Assembly (NCBI GenBank): GCA_965202585.1
Contig: OZ241832.1
Location: 45,012,001 to 45,076,000 of the forward strand
Direction: 5' to 3'
Source of the DNA: Thalia democratica
Lineage: Eukaryota
Length of the DNA: 64,000 nt
Below are positions 47,126-59,200 of the stretch, piece after piece (position 1 is the stretch's first letter; the number at the start of each line of letters is the position of its first letter). The position numbers and the translations under genes are program-made. Below the pieces are notes generated by a model. That model saw only the letters and a program-made list of their open reading frames with translations, was not told where the DNA came from and searched no databases.

Positions 47126-47204
47126 ATGAGTTCGAAATTCAAAGAAATATTTAAAACAAACAGAAATGTTGTTATTGCCATGTTGCATGTACCAGCATTA
47201 CCAG
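47126..47204 (+). CDS. BtpA-like exon 1
   Basis: MSSKFKEIFKTNRNVVIAMLHVPALP; donor g|GTAAAG. Confidence 0.9.
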
Positions 47205-50200
47205 GTAAAGCACCTTAGAACTTACTGACTTTTTTTTTACTAGACTTAAACTTTGTTTTAATGTTCTGAATTGACCGTACAATAAAAGTACTACCTAGTT
47301 ATAACTTTTTTTCTAATGATTTGTTTTGTATTTTATAAATATAACTAATGAGCTTATATTTAATGTTTTGAACTGACCGTATAACAAAAGTACTACCTAA
47401 ATATATATTTTTTCTGATAGTTTCTTTAGTTAGATATATTAAAAGTGCAACTAATAAGCTCAATTTAAGAAAGGCTACACTTGAGTTTTTAGCTAAAAAT
47501 AATTTTACAGTCAGTACATAACACAAAAACACTCATTAATTTAAGATGATTTGAAGAAATTTTCATGGTAACAAATTTTGATATTTTAAAACAACACCAA
47601 TGCAAAAAATGGAAACCAAAAATGATATCCTAAAGACTTCAGCTGGAAAGTTTTTTACATGTAGAAATTTCACAAAAAACACATTGTGCAGAATTTAAGG
47701 CGATTTAAAGAAAGTTTCACAGAAGAACTTACTGATTTTATTTAAGTTTATCAATTTTTTTTTAGAAAATAATATGTTGAGTACTAAGAAACAAACTATG
47801 CGTTTTCAGCTGTATCAGTATCAATATTATATATATTTGTTTGAACAAAACTCTCTTTTTTATACAACTGGTTCACAAATCTATTAAATTATACCTGCTA
47901 TTCAAATCGCTTCAACAAATAAAATATAATTTAAAGTGAACGTATAATAAACTAAAGGTTTCAAACTATTAGATATCTTTCTGAGTTTTTTTTTTTTTTT
48001 AACTGCTATACAATTGAACCTGATTTACAATTCACAAACACAATACCATCATACTTTTAAGCAATTGTTCTGCTCAAATAAGTTTTTCTTCGTTTTTTAT
48101 ACAGTAAGACAGAGTTTCCACACATTCAGGGTATTTTAATAATTTGAAATTCAAAGGATAACTAAAGATAGCTCAAAAAAACTAAGAATACTTTAAATTT
48201 TGTTTTTAAACTCAGACTGACTCAGGATAACTTTTTTTAAATGAAAACTCAGGATTATTTTAGGTTTCTTAAATAACCTTAGGACAAATTTGTTCTAGGT
48301 TTTGAATTATATTTAGTCGATTTAGTTTCAATATTGTTATTATTTATTAAGCGACAACAAAGCAACCCAACTTGATCGCAAACTTCTGAATCATAAGAGT
48401 ATATTTGCGATTAAAACTTATAAAACTCTAGTTTAAAATTGTGTTTGACTTTTTCGTCGATTTTAGAGTTTTGTTTACATTTTGTTGCTACTTGGTTTAA
48501 AAAAAGTTATATATAATTTTAGTTTTTATAACTTTTTTTAGATAATTTTTCATTAATTTTACAGTTTTGTTGATGTGTTGTTGATACTTGATTTAAATGA
48601 TTTTGTTAATATGCAACATCATAGTTTTGTTTATACTTTTATGCATGATTAAATTTTAAGTTTTCTTACATAAAGAAAAATTGCTAAGTAAAACTTACTG
48701 TTTTATTATACTTGACAAGGTCGGAATTTTTACCCACTGAAACCGGGTAATAAAAAAAATTATTAGTTTGCACACTTTTTTTTATATTTAAGTATTCTCT
48801 TTACTTTACAGTATATTGAGCAAAAAAAAATTAGTTAACAGTAAGTTAAAATAAATAACTAAAATATTACAATATAAACTTTAAAACAATTTTTTTTATC
48901 TCAACAACAGAATATTAACCACTTCAACCCTTAAAATAACACGTTTTTTACATTAAATGACAACTAAAATAAGTGCTTTGCAAGCAACCTCACTTACAAA
49001 GCTTTAACTAAAACAGACAACACAACAAAAGTTTACGTATGCTCGACTAGTAAAAAAATTAAAAATAAGTACTGAAATCACAAAAAAAGATTTAACAACA
49101 AAAAAAAAGATACACCACAGAGTTACCAAACTATATTATAAGTTTAAAAGAAACTTAAAAAAACACTCTAGAACTAGATATAAGAACTAAAACTACATCA
49201 AAAATGTTTAGACTTGTAGATTATACAAGTTAAAGAATTTTAAGACAGTAAAAAATAGGAAGAGAAACATCAATAAAAATAATGAAAGAGAGAAAAAAAT
49301 CGTACCTACACAACTAAAACATTTACTTTAAAAGAATTATTTTCAAATATATAACAAATATCATTACTTGTACATTTAGTTTTCGAAAAAAGTTAGTTTT
49401 GACTAATCAGTTTTTTTTTACTTTATCATTTTAAAGTGTTTATTTGTACAAAATGTTGTCAGAAACATAAAAAAGTAGTTGTATAAATATATAATTAGTA
49501 CTGTTTTTTGTTTGATTATTGTCGCAGTGCTTCCATAACTGATGTTGCAGAAATAAATGTTTTATAATTAAAAGAATCCGATACTCCTAACAATTGTTTC
49601 AGTGCTTATTGCACTAATTGTCAAAGGAAAATAAAGTTCAGTTTATTTAGTGAAATGTTACAAAATTTACAAAAATTAACAGGTATTAGAAAAAATAATT
49701 TAGTTAGTAGATCTTTGAAAGAGCAAGTGTACAAATGTTTTATGCCAAAGACTTCTGTATTTCTTTTTTGAATTTTTACCTAAGTAAATTTTTTAGTTAA
49801 AAAACATTCAAAAACTGCTTTGCATCACGTTTATCATTGTTTCCAAAGTTGGTTTCTGTTAACAAACCATTAAATAAAGTGTTTCAATTCTTAAAACAAA
49901 ACAGTTAGAAAAAGATCTTTTGTTTATTTAAAACACTTTCAACTCTGCTAAATTAAATAGAAATAATCATAATTAATTTAAAATTTTCTGACAACTGTTA
50001 TGATGCTATTTGCACCATATATCAACAAAGCAAAGTAAAGTGAAGTTTATTAGGTGAAATCTTACAAATTTTACAAGTTATGACGTATTAAACAAAGTCA
50101 ATGTAGCAAGTCAACTATTAAATTTTAATGTACAATCCTTGTACACTTTTTGCTTTGTTTGCTCAAATTTTAAATAATTGGTTTTGTATTTTCTGAAAAA

Positions 50201-53200
50201 TGTAAGACTTCACCTAATACACTTCACTTAATTTACTTTTATAATTGGTGCTATTAGTACCGAAACAATAATCAGAAAATTCTAAAATAATTGTTTTTGT
50301 TTAAAATATGTTTAGCTCTGTAAAAGTAAATTGCATTGAAACACTCTGAAAATAGTCAACCTGAAAAAAACAAAATAGTATTTATAGATAAATAGACTTA
50401 AATTTAGCTGATCAAAGTTATTCCAAAATACTAAGTTTAAGTTTCAAAAATTGAATTTAAGATTTAAACTTACTTTTAGACTAATCAATACTTTATTAAG
50501 CAGACACTTTATAGTTATTTATAACAATTAATGTTCCTTTTTATACGGTCGTTTTGAAGTCAATCGACTTTTTTTTAAAAACAAATTCACGAAAATATAT
50601 ATTGCTGCAAGAATGACTATTTACTTTTTTTGGTTTACTTTTAATTTATTTTAATTTAGTTTTATGTTTTAAGGTTGTCCTAAAAACAAACTTCCATTCA
50701 ATAAAATTAGGGATCATGTCCTGTATGAAGCTGATATACTTGCTAACTGTGGAGTCGTAAGTTTAAGTCTTGTTATACTTTGACAATATAACTTAGAGAA
50801 CTGTATTTTTTAATTTTCTGTTAATAGTTAGAGTTTATAACTTGTAAAAAATGTCATTTGATTTTATTTAAAAATATTAAATTTTAAATTTGTTTTTTAT
50901 TATTAATCATTACAGTATACTTTATGAATTCTTAATTGTTTCTGTTATCAATTAGTAATAATTTTTTTAATATATTCTGTTCTGATCATTAGTTGAAAAG
51001 TTTAAATCAAGTTTACTTGTAGGCTAAACTATTTTATCTTTTCTAATTCTGTTATTTCTTGCTACTATTCTCAAAACTTTTTTAGCAAACCATTAATGAA
51101 CTTGTTAAACATGTGTTTATTTTTAATAACTTTAAGACTTCTTTTCTATAGATGCTGTTAATCGATGAAAATTTTCTAGCACAATCGTAAAATAAGTGAT
51201 TTCTTTTTTAACAAAGTTTAAAACACGTCTGTATGTTTTTTTACATCTTTGTTAAACATTTTTGTTCCGTTTCTTGTTTTAATCTTCTTACTAACCTATT
51301 AACTTACAATTTATCTGTTTTATTTTAAAACATAACAAGACAACATGTTTAACTAGTATAATCTATTGTAAGTTTTTATGTAAAAGTATTGATGCATTAC
51401 ATAAAGAAACGTTTTAAAATAAACTGTTATAAAAACTAAACATATAAGAAGTTTCAAAAAGAAATTATTGAAGTTTTATGAAAGACCGACTTTTTTACTA
51501 ATTTTAAAAACTCTATGCTTATCTTATAAACCTTCTAATTTCTATAAAACTAACTAACGAATTTCACTAAATATGTTTTTATTTAATAGTTTACAACAAG
51601 GGTGGTGGTATTAAATGTTTACATTAGCTTTAAAAAAAAATTACTTTTAGTTGCTGAAATTTTGGTAGATTAAACTAAAGTTTGCGCTAGTTATAATCAT
51701 AGTTTTGAATTTATATGTTTTTCTGCAACAACTATTTCGAAAAGTTTTGTTGCGAATACACCGAGATCTAAACAAAATTAACAAAATTGATTATAAATAC
51801 AGATCATAAAGAATATTTATACCAAGGATACTTGAAAACAAATCTAAGACGTTTAAATTAGAAGCGTGGGCAACTTTTTTAACGGTGGTCCTGATATAAC
51901 ACAAAAAAATATTTTGCGGGCTTTGTACTTTTAAGAAATTATTAAATGAAAATGTATAAGACTTTTTTTTTAATAAATTTATTGAAATATTCATTTATTA
52001 ATTAATAATTAATTTTATAATTAAATAAAATTAAAATTCTTTTTTTTTTTAATCATCCCTATACTCACACATGATATATTAGTCAAACTAAGAACACATT
52101 TTAAAAGATTTGTTATTAAAAAGCTGAATTTTATTTCATTTGCACAAGATGTTTCAAGTTGAAAATATGTTGAGGGCAAAAGACTTCTAATCTTCTTTTT
52201 TAGATCGCTTTCTTTAGGCTGAGCGACTGCTACAATGCCCTCCACGCTTCATATTAAAATAAAGCTTTATAAAATTAATTAATTTTTAATTAAAAAATTA
52301 ACATAGCTTTTTATGCTTTACATTTAATTATAAATTAAGAGTACATAACGTACTTCTTACTTATGTTAAAAACGTATTTTTATGCTTTGTTAATAATGTA
52401 CCAAAAATCATTCTATTCAAAAAACGGTTTACAAAACAAATTTTGAAAACACTCAGTCTCCAAAACCCCAATTTAAACCGATTCACTAATCAGATAGCTT
52501 GATTTTATTGTTTTATCTACATTAAAGCCCTTTTAGAACTCAATGATGATTGAAAATATGCATGATATTCCATACATAAAAAGTCCAAACATCGGTCCAG
52601 AAATTGTTGCATCAATGGCATCGTTAGCTACAGCATTAAACAAAAACTATAGCGAAATACCGCTTGGGGTACAAATACTCACAGCTGGAAGTAAAGAAGC
52701 TATTGCAGTTGCAAAAGTTGCAGGTATACTTTATTTAAAATGTTCATTTTTTTATACATTTAAACTTTGTTACATACTTATGTATTTAAAAAAAATATTC
52801 CCTAAACTACTTACAAAGTGTTTTTTTTTTACTTTTATTTAGTTAGCTTTTAAAGATTAATTTACAGAACACATAAAAACTATCCAAAAATTCCTGAATA
52901 AGTTTACAAACTCAAAAAAAAGTTAATTTTAATTATTGCATTATATAAATGTAAAATCTTAGCAAATTGTATTTAATTTAAGAATATAATTACATTAGAT
53001 ATACTACTCTAAAAGTACTTTATTAAATTTAAACAAAATATTTAAGTATGAAACATAGTTTGAAAAATTTTAAAGGTCTTCAAATAAACAAAAAACTTAT
53101 TTACCACTCTATAAAACACGATCAAACAAAAAGCTTTAGTTCTGTTTTGTACTTTTACTTCTGGATTGTAGTAATTTTAGTTTTTACTCTTTTACTTTTA

Positions 53201-56200
53201 AAAGCCAATAATTTCTATGCTTAAAATAGGTTTTCTGAATAAAGATAACATTACTTAAACTTTAGTAAAGTTTATTTGTATAATTTAATTTAAAAACACA
53301 ATACACGACACAGTGTATAATTTTTCTTTAATAAAACTTTATTTAAAATAAAACATTCTTAAACTTGGTACTTTATTTTTTGTAATGCTATTCGCTAAAA
53401 AATACACTGAGTACTAAATAAAATATATTAAATATATAAAGTTATTAAGATATTAGAAAGAGTAGAAAAACGCTTATTAAAAACGGTGTTCTTAAAACAC
53501 TTTTGAGTGCAAAATTCATAATGAAATGCTAATTTTTCATAAACCTACTCGCGGATTTACTTATAATAAGGTTACCTACAGAATCACAAGCTTAATCTCC
53601 TCTATTCTAAAATAAAAATTTTTGTGGTTACAATTCTTTATAGTATTTTGTGTTGTTTTTGTAACATACAAATTTAAAAATATTACATATAAAAACTGCT
53701 TGATGCCTAAGTTTAAACTAAAACTTAAAATAAGTGCATTTAAAACAAATTAAAATGTTAGTGTATTAATAATTAGTCTATCTATTCTAAAAGAAATTAT
53801 TACACCACTAATGCGTTTTATATATTTTTTTTTTCAAAATGCTACCCTACACAAAAACACAGGATTACGCTATATAAGATGTGAAGGATATACATTTTCA
53901 CATATTGGAGATGAAGGCTGGATTGACTCTTGTGCAGGAGAATTATTGAGATATAGAAAACAAATTGAGGCTGAAAATGTTTGTGTGTTTACAGACATTA
54001 AAAAAAAACATAGGTAGGTATCCAATATTGATATAATGTATATAGTACATTTTAGTTTAGTTAGTTTTAATTGAATGTATTGTATTTTATATATAGGAAA
54101 AAAATATTTTTACATTTATTATAGTTAGATTTGGTGGTTTTTTTTAAATATTTGTTTACATGGTTTATTAGTTATTTAAAAATTAACGTTGGACAATATA
54201 AGAATTAACACCTGATGAGCTGTTAATACTGTGAGATATTTGTAGTGAGTAATATTAGTAAACACAAGCTGTTTAACAATTTATTAAATTTTAATAATTT
54301 GTTTTTATTGAAAACTAGTGTACAACTTAACTTTTATTAGGATGAAAATGATCATAATAGATAAACTACTATAGCCGTCTTTTTCAAAGCACTTTTATAT
54401 GTTACGTAAAACATTAGTCAAGTAACAAAAACTCGACATTTTTTTTTATGAAAACTTAATAATTTTAGTTGAATAGTATTTTAAAAAAAGTCTTACTTAT
54501 TGTCTATTAGCGAACTTGTAAAAAAAAAGTATTCAAACTAATACTTGTTTACACTATTTTAACAAATTGCTGCACGATTAATAAAATCTTACCACTTAAG
54601 TCAAGGCTTATGTCCATGATTGTTTTTTACAGTTCTCATGCAATTACTTCTGATGTTAGTTTAGCTGAAACTGCGGAGTTAACATCATTTTTTATGTCCG
54701 ATGGACTTATAATAACTGGAAACAAAACTGGAAGTCCTGCTAGTTTAAGAGATGTAAAAGGTAAGCATTTGACATATGCAGACAGGAGCGAATGTTGGTG
54801 TGGAATACTGACAAATCTCCTCCATGTACAAAAATAAAGACTTTTCAAGTTTAAATACGTATATTATATATTTAAAAATTTTTATACAAAACTAATGTTT
54901 GAAAACTTTTGTTTTACAATGAGGCACGAAGCAGATATTTTCTTCTCAAAAATTTATGTAAACTAGCATGTATGATATGTGTTACCTTTAGATAGTTATA
55001 AGCTATAATTAATTCACAAACATTTTAGTGAACCATAACAATGCTGAAAGTTTCCACAGTTCTTTAATTTTTTACATATCACATAAAAAACGTTTGGCTT
55101 CTAGTTTACGTACTGATTAGCATTGTTCATTTTGGTTAGTTTCTCTTAGTTTAAAAATCTATTTTAAACTTTTCTTTTACATTTAGCTAAGTTACTTATT
55201 ATTTTATTTATCTCCAATCAAAAGCTAAATGTATCCTTTCTGACTTTAATCTAAAGTATTTTTTTAACCTAAAGGGATGTTTGTTTTCAAATGAGCAATT
55301 GCTCTTTTCTTTAAACATATTTACAGTACATGCAAGCAGTGAATAACTTTCATTTAGTATTTAACATTTTTAAACTAAACTTGTCATTATTATACTAAAG
55401 ACTACATGAATAAAAAGAAATAGTACAGTTACCCAATAAAAAAGTACTAAAGATGTTTTACAATAAACACTAGTAAGTTCAAATAAACTTTAGACCTAAA
55501 CAATTAATTGACGGCAAGCTCTACTATACCGTCTGAAAATGCACGTGCTTTTATTTTTCTTCAAATAGCGATCACCTGAAATATTTCGTAGTTTTAAAAT
55601 CCTTTACACCACAAGATCTTTGTAGGCCTTAGTGAGATACTTTATCCGTTTCAACGAGCAAGCATTGGCAAGCAAATCGCTTTCTATGGTTACCTTCATA
55701 AATCTTTTCTGATTTATTCAAAAACCTTTTACCTGCAAGCGTCATTTTCTAGCCGATGGTGCTGAAGTTTAATACCCTGCTAAAATTCACAACATTCTTC
55801 ATCAGAAAAAAAAATTAACCAAGTTTTTACCAGGCATTTTAGTTTACCAAGAGCAAAAATTAAAGTACTACTTTTTATGGAATTTATATAAACTCTTTGG
55901 GTTCATTAATAGTATTGTTTAATTTTTCAGTTCAATAAACTTAGTTTTTGGACTAAATAAAACGTGCAATAGTTTTAAGCAGATTAGCACAGTTTAGGAC
56001 TTTTGATAACTTTTTACTTTAGAAATTACAATAAAAGTTCTCGACTTGATAATAGGGAGAAAATTACTTTAATTTTTTTTTATTTTGTTGTCAAAACAAT
56101 GTTTCAATCGTTTGAAATAATTCAAACAAAATCCTCAGTTGAATAATAAAATCTGTATTATGTTATTTTTTTCAAATATAAACATGCAAAAAGACATTAG

Positions 56201-59200
56201 GCTAAACTTGAAATAAAACTGGCATTTATGTGTAATTACACGTAACTAAACCCTATAAAAAAGTAAATACTGAAATTAGGTACATTAACAACAATTCCAA
56301 TCGTCCTAAAATTATCAAAAAAACCTACCAGCAATATTAGAAAATACACTGATTAAATCATCTAAAATCAAAAAAAAAATGACGACAATATATGCACATA
56401 CCAAAACGCGTTAGACAAATCAAATTTTAAACACACTAACTTGTACGGAAGATTTTAACAAACAAAAAAAGAAAAGAAACAAATCAAGAAAAGTGTTTTT
56501 TTTTTAATCCGCAATTTTGCGAGTCAGTAAAGACAAATGTATGAAAAATATTTTATGAACTAATAAATAAGCATTTTAAAGATAACAGCAGTCTGAACAG
56601 TTAAATTAGTAAATACAATTGAAAATTGTCGTATAGTTGCATGAATAATATAAAGAATATAATACAGTATGGCACAATAAAAAAACTTTAAATAATATAG
56701 AAAAAACTGAAAATACTAATACAGAAACAAAAGAGATGATTTTGCAATTGCAGAAATTAAAACCAATGTCCACTTAAAAATAAATACCTCACCAAGAACG
56801 TAACTTATAAAGCTACGGTGACCACAAAAAAACATAAATAAAACAATACTTTGGAAGAACTGGGAAGCTTTTGAAACAAGAGGGTAGATATTTAAAAGTC
56901 CACAAGGAAAACGGCTCTGAACTGTCGAAACATATTTTGAAATTAAAAAAGAATAATACTAATTTAAACATTAACTGGAAAATTTTACATTGCATCAGAG
57001 AAATAAGGAATCCACAGAGAACCTGCATTAACTGTACCAATGAGAAGATAGAAATAGCGAACGCTGACGGGGGAACTTCATTAAATAAAAGGAACGTGTT
57101 GATATGTTTGTGTGTTCATTTAAAAAAGCTTTATTTTTAAACTGAAAAATTTGATAAATGCATTCCTATTTCAACTTGTATAAACAAATACTAAAAAAAA
57201 ATATGATATTAACCAAAAACTTATAATACTATTACATTTTTTAAGCAAAACTTATAATTACGTCACCATATAATAATTGAATATTTTTAAGGCGTTAAAG
57301 TAGTGTAAATCATCCTAAAGTTTTAGTTACAAGAGTTTTGTTCTTTTTACCAATTTTACAAGCCTACTAATTGTAAGTATGTTATATAATTTAAACTTTT
57401 AACTTTATGATAATTTAGTGTAAATTTAGTTATATACAATGATTTTTAAATATCTAGTTTAAAATATTTACGTCATGAAGAGTTAATTGTAAAATTCTGT
57501 TTAAAAGTTTGTAATTAGAGTTAAGTTATACCTTGCTAATTTGAAGTTATTTTTAAGACAAAATTGTTAAAATGAAAACATTTAAAATAGTATAAATTTT
57601 ACTTAAAACTATATTAAAAAGTACATTACAAAAAACGACAATAATAACACTAAAAACACGCTATTTATAAAGTTTTAAGTTGTAGAAATCTCGTTGTTTA
57701 CAAATTTTCGGCTCGCGAGTTCTAATAAACAATGATTCTAGAACTGAGAGATGGTAAGAGTTTCTCGCTCTGGATAAAAGTTTCAATATTCTAACCAATT
57801 AGTTATGCTGAGAGCTTCTCAGCACAACTATTTTTATTCATGAGGTGTTCATGGAGGGATGATTGTTCACCTTTTGGCTTAACGTCGTCATTAAAAAAAA
57901 AACCTTCTTAGCTTTTTCCTGAATGCTGCTCACGCCTGACGTAGAAATGCTGAAATGTTCGACCTACGTAGTCATTTCCGCAATTACAGTTAAATATGTA
58001 CAGTACAGCTCTTAATTCATGGGTAGGAGTGACTTTTTTTACAATTCCGTTGAACCGGTCAACCGAAATTATTACTTAAATATACGCGGACCTGGCAATT
58101 AACTGACTTAACGCGCTTATTATAACAATATCGATGACGGTTACTTAAGCTAAAGTCGATTTATCAAATGTATACTAAAGTTATACTACTATTTAAACTT
58201 AGCCTAGTTAAGTAGTAAGATTCTTAGAATGCTTAAACTACTAGTATAAAGAAATCGAGTCTCAAAACAAAAAGGTGAATTTACAATTGAATAAAAGTAC
58301 GGCAAAAATACAACAACTGTACTAAAAACACAACACAAAATAAGCTACTTTGACTAAAAAGTCGAGATGAAAACAGTCGCATACATAACTCTATACATAT
58401 CATAAATAAATCACGGCGGCTGTTAGCGCAACTAAAGCGTGAACGACTAAAATGCAAACAGCAACTAACCAGCTAAGGCTTATATCAGAATAGTCTTTCT
58501 AAAAACTGATAATAATATAGTGTATATTTAGTTATATACAATAGTTTTGAAATGTCTAGCTAAAAATAGTTACGTCATAAACTATAAAAGTCTGTTTAAA
58601 TGGTATACTATCAAAATCGACCAACGATCAAAATCCACCCGATTTTTTTTCTTTATTTATTTATCTATTTTATGTATATTTTGCTTCTTTTTTCATTATC
58701 ACTGTTACCCCTAACCTGACCCTCGATCGGTAAGCGGTTCTCTAATTTTACTGGGTGGATTTTGATCGGGTGGATTCTGAACGCAGGTGGATTTTAATCG
58801 CGTGTGGATTTTGAATGTGTCTCGTTTAAAAGGTTAAATTAGAGTTAAGTTATACTTTGCTGATTAGAAGTTATTTATAAGACAAAATTGTTAAAGCAAA
58901 AACATTTAAAATAGTAGAAATTTAACTTGAAATTATATTAAAAAGTACAGCACAAAAAACGACAACTAAAGTTGCTTGATGAACTCAAAAACTCTTGTCG
59001 AAAGATACAACACCAAACCATTCAAATGTTTTTATTTAAACAATTTTGTCTTAAAAATAACTTTAAACTAGCAAAGTATAGCGTAACTCTAATTTAAAAC
59101 TTTTAAACAGATTTTTACCCTTAACTCTTTATGTCGCAACCTTATAATATTATAAAGTAGCTTATATTTTTCAAACCTTAGCATGAATTCACCTGTTAAT

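Noticed and set aside
54212-54240. CUGAUGA-GCUGU hammerhead-like start (also 44786 and 45856)
   Set aside because: GAAA and stem II are mutated or missing; these are dead remnants.
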